From: an uncultured bacterium
Lineage (GTDB): Bacteria > Abyssobacteria > SURF-5
Direction of reading: 5' to 3'
Length of the DNA: 64,000 nt
Assembly: GCA_964607485.1 (NCBI GenBank)
Contig: CAZSKP010000005.1
Span: forward strand, 1 to 64,000
Shown: positions 40,514 through 51,258 of the stretch, piece by piece
Layout of the letters: each line of letters begins with the position of its first letter
How positions within the stretch are numbered: the first letter of the stretch is position 1
The notes under the pieces: model-generated
Database searches by the model: none
Told to the model about the DNA's origin: nothing
Seen by the model: the letters and a program-made list of their open reading frames with translations, nothing else
Position numbers and translations under genes: made by a program

Positions 40514-41887
40514 TTGGCACGCCCCGTACTGATGGTTGTCGATGACGAGCGCAATGTGCTCGACACGTGTCGAGATATTTTCAAGGACATCTACGACGTC
40601 GTCCTCAAGCGGTCAGCCCCCGAAGCTCTCTCCCACATGGCGGAAAATCATGTCGACCTGATATTCCTCGACATCGTGATGCCCGACGTCAACGGCATGG
40701 AAATGCTCAATCAGGTGCGCATGATGGACGAGTCTCCGCCCGTTGTGATGGTAACGGCCACGCGTACCGTAAAATCCGCCGTGGCGGCCATGAAGCTGGG
40801 AGCGTTCGACTACATCACGAAACCTTTTGACATAGATGAACTCCGGATGGTGGCCGAGAAAGCTCTGGAGAATCGGACTCTCGTCAATGAAGTGCGTAAT
40901 CTTCGCTCTCAAATCGAGAAGAGGTACGGATTTGAGAATCTCGTGGGCGAAAGCAAGCCGATGCAGGAAATTTACCGGCAGGTCGAACAGCTTGCCAACA
41001 AGCGCACCACGCTGCTGTTGCTGGGGGAGAGCGGAACCGGAAAAGAACTGATAGCGCGGGCGATTCACTATCACAGAGACAGCACGCGCAAGGACGGGCC
41101 GTTCGTCGCGTTGGATTGCAACACACTGCCGGAATCGCTTTTCGAGAGCGAATTGTTCGGTCATGAGAAGGGTGCTTTCACCGGCGCCACCAAAAAGACC
41201 GGACGCTGCGAGCTTGCCGACAAAGGGACGCTGTTTCTGGACGAGATAGGGGAAATTCCGACCGCCGTTCAGGTCAAGCTGCTGCGTTTCTTGCAGGAAT
41301 ACGAATTCATGCGCGTCGGCGGAACTCAAAACATAAGGGTCGATGTGAGGATCATCGCGGCCACAAACCGCGACCTCGAAAAAGCCGTGAACGAGGGGAA
41401 ATTCCGGGAAGACCTGTACTATCGGGTAAATGTCGTGCCCATCCGGATACCTCCCCTGAGGGAGCGCAGCGAAGACGTTCCGCTGCTGATCGACCACTTC
41501 GTCAAACGCCTTTCGGTCGAGCTGGATACGTCTCCGAAAACGTTCGCCCCCGGAGCCGTCGACCTGCTCATGACGCACAGCTATCCCGGCAACGTCAGGG
41601 AGCTTCAGAACATTGTGGAAAGACTTCTCGTCCTCTCCAATAAAGATGTTATTGAGGCGGAAGACCTGCCCGAGTCGGTGCGGCTGTCGAAACACGATGT
41701 GGGCCAGTATTCCCAACGAATTTTCTCCGGCGAGCTGTCGCTCGAACAGGCCGAACGCCAGTTCCTCAGCGAGATCATCTCCGAGGCGCTGCGGCGGACC
41801 AATGGGGTGCAGACTCGCGCAGCCGAAACGCTCAAAACCAGCCGCCGAACCCTCAAGTATCAAATGGACAAATTAGGCCTTTCCTGA
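40514..41887 (+). CDS. Second sigma54-dependent response regulator
   Basis: REC, GESGTGKE, GHEKGAFTGA, YPGNVRELQN, HTH; TTG start after AGGAG. Confidence 0.95.
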   Translation: MARPVLMVVDDERNVLDTCRDIFKDIYDVVLKRSAPEALSHMAENHVDLIFLDIVMPDVNGMEMLNQVRMMDESPPVVMVTATRTVKSAVAAMKLGAFDYITKPFDIDELRMVAEKALENRTLVNEVRNLRSQIEKRYGFENLVGESKPMQEIYRQVEQLANKRTTLLLLGESGTGKELIARAIHYHRDSTRKDGPFVALDCNTLPESLFESELFGHEKGAFTGATKKTGRCELADKGTLFLDEIGEIPTAVQVKLLRFLQEYEFMRVGGTQNIRVDVRIIAATNRDLEKAVNEGKFREDLYYRVNVVPIRIPPLRERSEDVPLLIDHFVKRLSVELDTSPKTFAPGAVDLLMTHSYPGNVRELQNIVERLLVLSNKDVIEAEDLPESVRLSKHDVGQYSQRIFSGELSLEQAERQFLSEIISEALRRTNGVQTRAAETLKTSRRTLKYQMDKLGLS

Positions 41888-42033
41888 GCTCGGTCGTTTT
41901 TGTGCATTCCCGTTCTTGAACGTGCGTGGCATGTTCACCCATGAGTAAGCCCTATGGTGGTCCCACCCTCGATTTTCCCTTATAGACCGCAACATGTGGT
42001 TGCACTCCATGCTTTACCTATAGATGAAGGTCT

Positions 42034-42049
42034 TGGCATCTTCTTTGCT
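42034..42049 (+). promoter_or_regulatory. sigma54 promoter of the HDOD/kinase/phosphatase operon
   Basis: TGGCATCTTCTTTGCT (GG-N10-GC). Confidence 0.72.
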
Positions 42050-42097
42050 CAACCACGCTAAGCACTGAGAGGTGCCAAGGGCTCATTCCCGGAACCG

Positions 42098-43012
42098 ATG
42101 CGGATGACAATGCCAGCCAAAAAAACGGACCAGCCACCGGCAGGCAGGTTGCGAAAGAAAGAGGAGGGGAAACTCCTCATACTCGAGGTGCTCGAACTGC
42201 CTACCATGTCGGTCGCCATGAACAAGCTTTTGAAGGTGGCGGGCAGCGACCGTTCCAGCGCCTCGGATATGGCAGAGGTCATATCACAAGACCCGTCGCT
42301 CACGGCGAATATTCTGAAGATTGCGAATTCCGCCTACTTCGGGCTTTCGCAAAAGGTGCCGACAGTTGCGCGGGCAATTGTTGTCCTGGGTTTCGATGCG
42401 GTCAAGAGCATTGCCCTGAGCGCATCGGTCATTGAGGCGTTCGACAAAGGTTCGGCGCGCGGCCATTTCGACCGGGGCAGGTTCTGGACTCATTCCCTCG
42501 CCTGCGCTTACCTTTCCAAGAAGATAGCCGCCATGACACATCGGGCCGAATTGGAAACCGCATTCGCCTGCGGACTTCTGCACGACATCGGAAAGATAGC
42601 GCTGGACATCTATTTTCCCGAAAGCTATCGCCGCGTCCTTGCGAAATTGACCGACGGAACGGCGACGTCGGTCGAGGCGGAAGATGAAATACTCGGGTTT
42701 ACCCACGCGGAAGTCGGCATGTGGATAGCCCAGCGCTGGAAATTTCCCAAGTCGATTGTGTTCAGCATTGCCAATCATCACGGCATGATAGCCGATGACG
42801 TGCGCTATAAGGGATTGACGGCGATGGTTCGCCTGGCCAATCACTTGTGTTTGCAGGAGGGGGTGTGCCTCGAAGACCAGGCCCTTGCCGAACCGTTTGA
42901 GAAGGAGATGGTCGATGGTCTCAAGCTGAAGGCCGACGACGTGGCTCAGCTACGGGAGATATTGACCACACGCAAGGATTCGTTCATGTCCTTTTTCTCG
43001 AGTTGGGATTGA
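42098..43012 (+). CDS. HDOD-domain protein
   Basis: DPSLTANILKIANSAYFG, FWTHSLACA, GLLHDIGK, HAEVG..W.FP. Confidence 0.92.
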   Translation: MRMTMPAKKTDQPPAGRLRKKEEGKLLILEVLELPTMSVAMNKLLKVAGSDRSSASDMAEVISQDPSLTANILKIANSAYFGLSQKVPTVARAIVVLGFDAVKSIALSASVIEAFDKGSARGHFDRGRFWTHSLACAYLSKKIAAMTHRAELETAFACGLLHDIGKIALDIYFPESYRRVLAKLTDGTATSVEAEDEILGFTHAEVGMWIAQRWKFPKSIVFSIANHHGMIADDVRYKGLTAMVRLANHLCLQEGVCLEDQALAEPFEKEMVDGLKLKADDVAQLREILTTRKDSFMSFFSSWD

Positions 43013-43036
43013 CTGCAAGGGAGAGGTGAGGAAACC

Positions 43037-44836
43037 TTGACAAGTTTTGAAGAGAGAGATCCTGCGGAACAGGGCCCTATGGACGGCTTAGGTTCGCATC
43101 GGTCCTGTGACGAGCTGAAGCTCCGCTATGAAGAAGTTCTCTCACAGCTTTGTCTTGCCAGTCGTCTGAACGAAGCGGTCTCGCTCGTGGAGAACCTGCC
43201 CGATCTTTGCATTTCGATCGTGAATGCAATTATCGAATTCACGGCCGCCGAGAACTGCTCCATAATGTTGAGCGATCCCGAGACGGGAAACCTCAGCCTT
43301 TCTGTGGCAAAGGGACGAGACGACAGGGGCTCTTTCTTCGGCACAGGCGAGGCCACCACGCAGGTATTCACCAGGGGGCAAGGCGCGGCGGGCTGGGCGG
43401 CCGAGAATGCGAAGATTCTCTCCATCGAAAACTGCGATCTTGACGATAGATTCATCAAGCTGGAGTCGGCCGTAAAAGAAATCAATTCGGTCATATGCGC
43501 TCCCATTGTCGCCGAAGGCTCGGTGATGGGAGTTATCAATTGCAGCCATCCGAAGAAGCGGCAGTTCAGCGAAATCGACAAGCGCAATGTAGCCCTCGTC
43601 GCCGAACGTGCGGCGGTGTTGCTCCAAAAGGCTCTGTCTGTCGATCATTTGAAGAAAGACTATCGGGAACTGGATAAACAGATGCATGAGAATGTCGAGC
43701 GCAATTCGAAAACCGAGAAGGCGCTCTCCGAACTGCGGCAGCAGCTCTACAAATCAGAAAAATTTGCCTCGCTCGGCGAGCTTCTGGCGGGAGTGGCGCA
43801 TGAGCTCAACAATCGCGTCGCTCCGATTCTCATTTATTCGCAGATGCTCCGACAACAGGGAACCGACAAGCAAGATGAGAAACGGCTCCGTGTCATCGAA
43901 GAATCGGCCGTTGGAGCGAAGGCGATTCTGGAGACGTTGCTCAACTACTCCCGGCCCGAACGGCAAGAGCGGCAGCCGATCAACCTCAATCAGACGCTCC
44001 AGAACACACTCACGCTGACAGAGTACAAATTGCGGAACCACGGGATCGAACTTTCGTTGGACCTTTGCCCGGAGCTTCCGCCGACGATGGTTACCGAAAA
44101 ACAGATCGGACAGGTGTTTCTGAATGTTATCAACAACTCCATTCATGCGATGGAGCAAAAGGGCGGGAAGCTGAAAATACGGTCCACCTACGGCAACGAC
44201 AATATCAGATTCGTCATCGCCGATTCGGGACCCGGCATACCACCGGAAATCTCCGAGAGTATTTTCGAGCCGTTTTTCACAACGAAAGAATCCGGCAAGG
44301 GAACCGGATTGGGACTGAGCATATCAAGGCGATATTTAGAGGATCATAAAGGCAGGATATTTCTTGATCCCGCATATCCCGACGGAGCCGCTTTCGTCAT
44401 CGAAATCCCTAGAATGGAACCAAAGAGAGAGACATCGCGCGGACAATTCCCGCTTCCGACCTGTTCGGAAAACGGTGTAAGAATACTCGTGGTCGACGAC
44501 GACTCCGCCATCCGCGACGTCATACGCGACGTGCTCGGCGCAGGGTATGATGTCGAATTTGCGACCGACGGCCGTGACGCCACGACCAAGATTGAAAACG
44601 ACCTCTTCGACCTGCTCGTCGTGGACTATCACATGCCCGGCTTCGATGGGAGACAGCTTTACGAATGGGTTGTGAATAACCGGCCTTCTCTGAAGGACCG
44701 GACAATATTCAGCACCGGCGACATATACCGGGAGGATATTCGCGATTTCATCGAGAGCACCGGCTGTCGTTGTCTCATCAAACCGTTTTCCACGGCCGAC
44801 CTCCGGGAGATAGTATCGGGCGCGCTGAAGGTTTGA
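43037..44836 (+). CDS. Hybrid histidine kinase (GAF-HisKA-HATPase-REC)
   Basis: [41 protein letters not shown]-terminal REC VVDYHMP; TTG start. Confidence 0.92.
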   Translation: MTSFEERDPAEQGPMDGLGSHRSCDELKLRYEEVLSQLCLASRLNEAVSLVENLPDLCISIVNAIIEFTAAENCSIMLSDPETGNLSLSVAKGRDDRGSFFGTGEATTQVFTRGQGAAGWAAENAKILSIENCDLDDRFIKLESAVKEINSVICAPIVAEGSVMGVINCSHPKKRQFSEIDKRNVALVAERAAVLLQKALSVDHLKKDYRELDKQMHENVERNSKTEKALSELRQQLYKSEKFASLGELLAGVAHELNNRVAPILIYSQMLRQQGTDKQDEKRLRVIEESAVGAKAILETLLNYSRPERQERQPINLNQTLQNTLTLTEYKLRNHGIELSLDLCPELPPTMVTEKQIGQVFLNVINNSIHAMEQKGGKLKIRSTYGNDNIRFVIADSGPGIPPEISESIFEPFFTTKESGKGTGLGLSISRRYLEDHKGRIFLDPAYPDGAAFVIEIPRMEPKRETSRGQFPLPTCSENGVRILVVDDDSAIRDVIRDVLGAGYDVEFATDGRDATTKIENDLFDLLVVDYHMPGFDGRQLYEWVVNNRPSLKDRTIFSTGDIYREDIRDFIESTGCRCLIKPFSTADLREIVSGALKV

Positions 44837-44936
44837 GCGTATGCGCGGCACTGACGATTCCGTCCCATATGCTGTGGAGCGGCTGCAAAGTCTCCAGGAG
44901 ATAATCCGCCATCTGCCCTGAGAGGGAACCGCCCCA

Positions 44937-46532
44937 ATGAAAGGGTCCGCCAGAATAATTCTCTTCGACCAGGACACGGAAAGCCGAACTCAAGCTGCGG
45001 CCTGCCTTGCAGGGAGAGGATACAAACTCGCCCAATTCTCCACCTCGGATGAGACGCTGGCGGCGGTCAGGCGATTGCCGGCGGATATCGTGCTCCTCGA
45101 CCTGGACGTAAACGAGATTCACGGGATGGAAATAATCATGGAGGCCAAGGCGAACAATCCGGAGATTTCGATCATTCTGATGGGCACGCAGGATGCGGCC
45201 GAGAGAAATCCGAATATGCTGATGTTCGCCGGATATGAGTTTGTGCTGAAACCACTTCGCGAGGATGTCCTGGGCACGGCTATAGAACAGCGGCTCAACC
45301 AGCAGCATCTCTACCGCATCTGTTCCGCGCTGAGCACGGAACTCGACGTGAACAACGTGTTGAACGTGCTTCTGCGGAGCACCTTGCAGGAGGTCGATGC
45401 GGACCAGGCGGTGGTATTGCTAAGGGATGACTCCTCCGACCGTTTGCGAGTCGAGGCGGCGGCGGGCCTGCCGGAGGGAATTGTCGGCACAACGTGCGAG
45501 GCGGATGATGCAGGCATAGTGGGCCTGGTGTTTGCCAACAATGAACCGATTGTGTCACAGGGCGGGTTTGCTCGCCTTCCGTTCATTCCGGAAGAGCTCA
45601 ACCGCGAGATCGAATCGAGCATATGCGTCCCGATTCGAATCGGGGGGAAAACCATAGGAATGCTGAACGTGAATCGGTTGGGCGTATCCGAACCGTTTTG
45701 CCAGAGCCAACTGCGAACCGTTGAGATAGTGGCGCTGCAAACCGCCGTGGCCGTGCAGAACGCGCGTGCGCATCACTATGCGCTCGAACGCCAAAGGATG
45801 GAGCACGAGCTCGAATTGGCCAGGGCGATCCAGCAAAGCCTCTTTCCGAAAATTTCCGGCTATGAGCGATACGCCGACATCGTCTCCGAAAATATCCCCG
45901 CTAACATGGTTGGAGGCGACTTCTTCGATTTCGTCGAGCTTGACCCCGACCGTTTTGGAGTCGTCATCGGCGACGTGGCCGGCAAGGGTATTCCGGGAGC
46001 GCTGCTGATGGTCCGCGCCATCAGCAACTTCAGGCTTCGGGCGCGCCCCGGCCAGGAGCCGGGCAAGGTGCTTGGGGAACTCAACAACGACCTGATCGAA
46101 AGCAACACGCACGGCATGTACGTGACCGCAATTTATGCGGTCTTCGATTTCGGCCGGGGAGTCCTCCGGTTCGCCAACGCGGGCCATCCTCCCCTTTTTC
46201 TCTGCCGGTCGTCCTCGGAGACCTTGGAGTGTTTCGACGCCTCGTCGGGCATTCCGATGGGCATCCTGAAAGATACCAGGTACGAGACGGCTGAGTTGCC
46301 TCTCGAGCCCGGCTGTCTCGCGTTCCTGTATACCGACGGAATCATCGAGGCCAGAAATCCGGACAGGGACGACTTCTCGCTTGCGCGGCTTAAGAGGCTG
46401 GTGAACGTTCGTCCGCTTCATGCCCGAAAGCTCTGCGAATGCGTGATGGGCGAGTTGATGGCCTTCACCGCCGGCAGACCTCACCACGACGACCTCACCC
46501 TGCTCGCCGTCGGAGTCAAACACACCGCTTGA
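44937..46532 (+). CDS. REC-GAF-SpoIIE (PP2C) serine phosphatase, RsbU-like
   Basis: VGGDFFD, IGDVAGKG, NAGHPP, LYTDGIIEA, DDLTLL. Confidence 0.92.
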   Translation: MKGSARIILFDQDTESRTQAAACLAGRGYKLAQFSTSDETLAAVRRLPADIVLLDLDVNEIHGMEIIMEAKANNPEISIILMGTQDAAERNPNMLMFAGYEFVLKPLREDVLGTAIEQRLNQQHLYRICSALSTELDVNNVLNVLLRSTLQEVDADQAVVLLRDDSSDRLRVEAAAGLPEGIVGTTCEADDAGIVGLVFANNEPIVSQGGFARLPFIPEELNREIESSICVPIRIGGKTIGMLNVNRLGVSEPFCQSQLRTVEIVALQTAVAVQNARAHHYALERQRMEHELELARAIQQSLFPKISGYERYADIVSENIPANMVGGDFFDFVELDPDRFGVVIGDVAGKGIPGALLMVRAISNFRLRARPGQEPGKVLGELNNDLIESNTHGMYVTAIYAVFDFGRGVLRFANAGHPPLFLCRSSSETLECFDASSGIPMGILKDTRYETAELPLEPGCLAFLYTDGIIEARNPDRDDFSLARLKRLVNVRPLHARKLCECVMGELMAFTAGRPHHDDLTLLAVGVKHTA

Positions 46533-46733
46533 GAATGCAGCTCTTGAGGTTCTATTTCTGACGGCCGTTCCTCGCGATTCTTGCTTGTTCATCTTCCGTT
46601 GTTCGACATCCCCGCAACACGCCCGATGCCTCGCGTAGGATAATGGACAAACAAAGCCGGAAACCCATATAATAGTTGTGAGACACATCGGGAAATTCCG
46701 GGCATAATACAAGCAGGGAGGACCGCAAGAAGA

Positions 46734-47024
46734 GTGAAACTCTGTCACAGATGCGGCACAGCATGGGTGTCGGAACACCGGTTTCCCGGCCGGACCGAAA
46801 CGTGCATGAAATGCGGGTACGACCTTTACTGCTGCCTCAACTGTAAGCTCTACGACCCACGCGCGCCCAACCAGTGCAAGAGCCCCACCACCGAGCTTGT
46901 GCTGGACAAGGAGAAGGCCAACTTCTGCGATGAGTTCGAGTTTGCGGAGGACAGAAAACCGGAGGAACGCGAGGGCCAGAAACGGAAAGGCAGAGAAGCC
47001 TGGGAGAGACTGTTCGGGGATTGA
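46734..47024 (+). CDS. Small Cys-rich putative metal-binding protein
   Basis: CHRCG, CMKCG.DL.CCLNC, DKEKANFCDEF; GGAGG upstream of a GTG start. Confidence 0.75.
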   Translation: MKLCHRCGTAWVSEHRFPGRTETCMKCGYDLYCCLNCKLYDPRAPNQCKSPTTELVLDKEKANFCDEFEFAEDRKPEEREGQKRKGREAWERLFGD

Positions 47025-47108
47025 TAATCTCGAAGTTGAAATTTTGCGAGAAATGAACGGTTCAGGGAAGAGCGGAACTGTTCTCGTCACGCTAGAAAGA
47101 CCGAAGAT

Positions 47109-48770
47109 ATGACCAAACAGGGAGGATACCTCGTAGCAAAGGCGCTGAGGAATGAGGGAGTCGAGTGCATATTTACGCTCTGCGGCGGCCACATCCAGCC
47201 CATCTACCCCGGCTGCGCGGAGATGGGCATAAAGGTCGTTGACGTTCGTCACGAGCAGGCGGCCACGCACGCGGCCGACGGATGGGCGCGCGTCACACGC
47301 AAGCCCGGAGTCGCGGTCGTGACCGCCGGGCCCGGCCTCACGAATTCGGTCACCGGAATAGCCAACGCCATGCGTGCCGGCAGCCCGATACTCGTCATCG
47401 GCGGTCAAGCGCCTCTGTTTCAGTTCGACAGAGGCTCTCTGCAGGAGATGAACCACGTAGAGCTGCTCAGACCGATTACAAAGTGGGCGAAACGCGTGCA
47501 CCAGACGAGCCGCATCCCCGAATACATCGGCGACGCGTTCCGCGAGGCCACGGCCGGCAGACCGGGCCCCGTCTTTCTGGAGATTCCGCTGGACATACTC
47601 GTCCTCTCCGAAGACGAAAACAGCGTCGTCTTCCCCACGGATTCCGCGGCGCGAGCGCGAGTCTGCGGCGACCCGGCTCGGGTCGAGCGAGCGGCCGAGT
47701 TGCTCGACGCGTCTGAAAGGCCCGTGATAATGGCGGGCAGCGCAATCTGGTGGGACGACGCGGGCTCGGTCGTGGAAAAGCTTGCTGACAACCTCGCTGC
47801 TCCCATATACGTGAACGGGATGGCGCGCGGTTGCATCGACCCCGAACATCCGCTCCAGCTCTCCCACACGCGGAGCAAAGCGCTCGGAGGAGCCGACGTG
47901 ATCCTCGTCGTCGGGGCCGAGTTTGATTTTCGGCTGGCCTATGGGCAATCGGGCCTGATCAATCCGTCGGCGAAGCTCATACAAATAAATATCGAGCCGA
48001 CCGAGATAGGACACAACCGCTCCGTCGATGTGGGAATCGTCGGCGACACCCGGTCCGTCCTCGACCAGCTCTGCGAGGCGTTGGGCCGATTACAAACCTC
48101 GTCGCAACGTGAGGCGTGGGTGAAAGGGCTGATGGCGGAGGAGGACAGAGAGCTTGAACGCATGGAGGCGCATCTGCAATCGGAGGACGTTCCCATTCAT
48201 CCGGCCCGGCTGTGCCGCGAGGTGGATAAGTTTCTGGACAGTGAGGCTATCATAGTCGGCGACGGCGGCGACATCGTCTCGCTGGGGGCGCGCATTATCC
48301 GCCCGCGCGCTCCCGGACACTGGCTCGACCCCGGCCCCTTCGGCTGTCTCGGCATGGGGCTGCCGTTCGGCCTGGCGGCAGGGCTGGCCAAGCCCGACAA
48401 ACAACTGCTCCTGCTTTATGGTGATGGCTCCTTCGGGTTCAATGGGATGGAGATCGACACCGCCGTGAGGTTCAAGCTGCCGATGGTGGTAGTTATCGGA
48501 AACGACGGCGGCTGGGGCCAGATGCGTTACGGAGTCGAGGCCATGGGACTGGGCGAGCAGGACCCCGTCGCCACCGAGCTGGGCTTCACGCACTATGAGA
48601 GAATGGTCGAGGCTTTGGGAGGCTTCGGCGAATATGTCGAGAAACCATCGGACATAAGGCCAACTCTTGAACGAGCGTTCGAGAGCGGCCTGCCGGCATG
48701 CGTGAACGTCAAAATCGACCCTCAGGGGACGCATCAAATGTTGAGTGCAACCAGGGGAATGGTAGGCTAA
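47109..48770 (+). CDS. ThDP-dependent enzyme (acetolactate-synthase-like / 2-hydroxyacyl-CoA lyase family)
   Basis: TLCGGHI, DVRHEQAA.HAADGWAR, DPGPFGCLG, GDGSFGF..N ThDP motif. Confidence 0.9.
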   Translation: MTKQGGYLVAKALRNEGVECIFTLCGGHIQPIYPGCAEMGIKVVDVRHEQAATHAADGWARVTRKPGVAVVTAGPGLTNSVTGIANAMRAGSPILVIGGQAPLFQFDRGSLQEMNHVELLRPITKWAKRVHQTSRIPEYIGDAFREATAGRPGPVFLEIPLDILVLSEDENSVVFPTDSAARARVCGDPARVERAAELLDASERPVIMAGSAIWWDDAGSVVEKLADNLAAPIYVNGMARGCIDPEHPLQLSHTRSKALGGADVILVVGAEFDFRLAYGQSGLINPSAKLIQINIEPTEIGHNRSVDVGIVGDTRSVLDQLCEALGRLQTSSQREAWVKGLMAEEDRELERMEAHLQSEDVPIHPARLCREVDKFLDSEAIIVGDGGDIVSLGARIIRPRAPGHWLDPGPFGCLGMGLPFGLAAGLAKPDKQLLLLYGDGSFGFNGMEIDTAVRFKLPMVVVIGNDGGWGQMRYGVEAMGLGEQDPVATELGFTHYERMVEALGGFGEYVEKPSDIRPTLERAFESGLPACVNVKIDPQGTHQMLSATRGMVG

Positions 48771-48794
48771 ACGATTGTTAAGGAGGCGGCTTGT

Positions 48795-50423
48795 ATACAT
48801 AACCTGTACGGGGATACGCTCGGACTAAAAGCTAATCAAGTTCGACAACTGGAACGTATCTACAGACGAAAAATCACGCCCGATAGGATTGTCTCTCACG
48901 AGGTCGCCCGGATGCTGACCGAGCTTGCAAACGAAATCCGAAGACAGATCGGCATCCTGGTTGACCGAAAGGGGAGGGTCGCATATGTAATCGTGGGAGA
49001 CTCGAAATCGGTGTTCCTACCCGACCTCGAAAGGGACTATCCTGCCTCCAACCACCGGCTGCGCGGCCTCAGACTCATCCACACCCACCTCCGGGGGGAG
49101 CCCCTGAACGACGACGACCTCACGGACCTTGCTCTGCTGAGGCTCGACATGGTGGTGGCCGTGGGCGTGGGCTCCGACGGTCTGCCGGAGATGGCTCACG
49201 CCGCCCATGTGCTACCCCTGAATCCGCAGGGGAAAAAATGGCGACTCCTTGAACCGCGACATCCCGCGCAGTTGGACACGGACTTTCTCGGCCTCATCAG
49301 TTCGCTTGAGGAAGAGATTGCCCGAAGCCAGCCGGGTCGGGCGCACAGGACCAACGACAGCCGCGCGATACTGGTGAGCGTGACCGCTTCGCCATCGTAT
49401 GACGCCGAGGAGTCGCTGGAGGAGCTTCGACAGCTGGCGCTGACCTCGAATGTCAACGTCGTCGATACGGTCATACAACGCCGCCATGCGGTCGATCCCC
49501 GGTTTCTCATGGGGAGGGGCAAAATGAAGGACCTGGTCTCCCGTTCCATGCAGGTCGGAGCCGACATCCTGATTTTTGACCAGAACCTGAATCCTTCCCA
49601 GCTCCGCGCCACCACCGACATGACCGAACTCAAGGTGCTCGACCGGACCCAGCTCATCCTCGACATCTTCGCTCAACACGCCCACAGCACGGACGGCAAG
49701 ATACAGGTCGAGCTGGCGCAGCTCAAGTATCTGCTCCCGAGGCTCGTGACGAAAAATACCGCCATGTCGCGCCTGACCGGCGGCATCGGCGGCCGGGGTC
49801 CCGGTGAGACGAAGCTGGAGATAAATCGCCGCCGGGCTCGCGACAGGATTGTTCATCTCGAGAAAATGCTCCGCAGCTCGGCGCAAAGCCGGAAGCTGAG
49901 GCGCAATCGTCGCCGCAGGGAGGGGCTGCCGATAATCTCGATAGTCGGCTACACCAACGCTGGCAAATCGACGTTGCTGAATTCGCTCACGAACAGCAAC
50001 GTCGTTGTTGAAGACAAGCTGTTCGCTACGCTGGACACGGCCACCCGTCGGCTGAGATTTCCCCGGGAGAGGGAGGTAATAATCACCGATACCGTCGGGT
50101 TCATAAGGGACCTCCCGCCGGAACTGATGGCGGCCTTCAAGGCCACGCTCGAGGAGCTGGAGGACGCCGACCTGCTGCTCCACGTCGCCGACGCAAGCAG
50201 TCCATACATTGAAAATCACGCGCAGGTCGTGGAAAAGACACTGGGGGAGCTGGGCTTCACCGGCAAACCTCGGCTGCTTGCCCTCAACAAAATCGACAGA
50301 ATCCCCGCCGAAACGGCGGCCAATCTGGCGCGAGGATTGGGCGGGGTCGCCATTTGCGCTCTCGACCGCAGCTCGCTTTTCCCGCTCATCGAGAGGATGG
50401 ACGCCATCTTGTGGCCGGAATAG
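48795..50423 (+). CDS. hflX: GTPase HflX, long N-terminal form, probable AUA start
   Basis: DRTQLILDIFA, GGIGGRGPGETKLE, VGYTNAGKST, LFATLD, DTVGFI, NKID; AGGAGG 8 nt before the in-frame ATA at 48795; first in-frame ATG is at 48912. Confidence 0.9.
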   Translation: MHNLYGDTLGLKANQVRQLERIYRRKITPDRIVSHEVARMLTELANEIRRQIGILVDRKGRVAYVIVGDSKSVFLPDLERDYPASNHRLRGLRLIHTHLRGEPLNDDDLTDLALLRLDMVVAVGVGSDGLPEMAHAAHVLPLNPQGKKWRLLEPRHPAQLDTDFLGLISSLEEEIARSQPGRAHRTNDSRAILVSVTASPSYDAEESLEELRQLALTSNVNVVDTVIQRRHAVDPRFLMGRGKMKDLVSRSMQVGADILIFDQNLNPSQLRATTDMTELKVLDRTQLILDIFAQHAHSTDGKIQVELAQLKYLLPRLVTKNTAMSRLTGGIGGRGPGETKLEINRRRARDRIVHLEKMLRSSAQSRKLRRNRRRREGLPIISIVGYTNAGKSTLLNSLTNSNVVVEDKLFATLDTATRRLRFPREREVIITDTVGFIRDLPPELMAAFKATLEELEDADLLLHVADASSPYIENHAQVVEKTLGELGFTGKPRLLALNKIDRIPAETAANLARGLGGVAICALDRSSLFPLIERMDAILWPE

Positions 50424-50447
50424 ATACTACTCGGAACAGTCAATAGT

Positions 50448-50546
50448 CGTCATTCTGAGCGCAGCGAAGAATCTCAAAGATTGTGACGGGTCCGGCCGAA
50501 AACGAGATCCTTCACTTGGGCCTGCGGCCCTTCGTTCAGGATGACG
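50448..50546. repeat. Intergenic palindromic element of GTCATTCTGAGCGCAGCGAAGAATCTC type
   Basis: CGTCATTCTGAGCGCAGCGAAGAATCTC..GAGATCCTTC..CGTTCAGGATGACG inverted ends. Confidence 0.65.
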
Positions 50547-50606
50547 AAAGTGTGAAGTAGATATTGCTCCCAATAGATAAATCTTTTCGGCGACTCAGTC
50601 GTTTAT

Positions 50607-51257
50607 ATGTATGGAAAGACAGGTGAACGTCCGGAGAAGGGGAACGCCGTCTTGTTCGGGAACATCCCTGACGAAGTCTTGATGCAGAGATATGCGAAGG
50701 GGGACATCGAGGCCTTCGAGGAGCTTGTCTATCGCCATCGGAGGCCGTTGTTCGGATATCTCTGTCGAATGCTGGGAAATCGAGAACATGCCGAGGACAC
50801 GTTTCAGGAGGTATTCGTCCGGGTGATAAACTCCCGAAGCCGGTACAAGAAGAGCGCGAAGTTCACCACGTGGCTGTACAGGATCGCGCACAACGCGTGC
50901 ATCGACGCGCTCCGGCGGGAGGGTTACAGGAAGACCGAGTCTCTCTTTGACCCGGCAGGCGCAGGGACCGACGGCGAGGTGAAGTTGCAGGATGTGATAC
51001 CAAGCGCCAACCCCGGTCCGGACGAGGCGCTTGCAACACAGCAGTTGTCGGAAACGCTCAAGAAATGCGTTTCGCGTCTGACCCCGGAACAGAGGGAGGT
51101 ATTCGTGCTGAGGCAGTATCAGAACCTTCCTTTCCGAGAGATAGCCCGTGCGACCCGGACCACCGAGAGCACGGTGAAGAGCAGGATGCGATACGCCCTC
51201 AACAACCTTCGCGCCATGCTCGTTGAGGAGCGCATCGTCGAGGAGGTGGCCCCGTAA
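50607..51257 (+). CDS. ECF RNA polymerase sigma factor
   Basis: GDIEAFEELV, AEDTFQEVF, FTTWLYRIAHN, REIA..TVKSRMRYA. Confidence 0.93.
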   Translation: MYGKTGERPEKGNAVLFGNIPDEVLMQRYAKGDIEAFEELVYRHRRPLFGYLCRMLGNREHAEDTFQEVFVRVINSRSRYKKSAKFTTWLYRIAHNACIDALRREGYRKTESLFDPAGAGTDGEVKLQDVIPSANPGPDEALATQQLSETLKKCVSRLTPEQREVFVLRQYQNLPFREIARATRTTESTVKSRMRYALNNLRAMLVEERIVEEVAP

Positions 51258-51258
51258 C

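Noticed and set aside
42059-42085. CIRCE-like TAAGCACTG-N9-AAGGGCTCA
   Set aside because: Five mismatches to consensus and not upstream of a chaperone gene.
45555-48014. 819-aa minus-strand ORF spanning three genes
   Set aside because: It overlaps three well-supported plus-strand genes and has no domain motifs.
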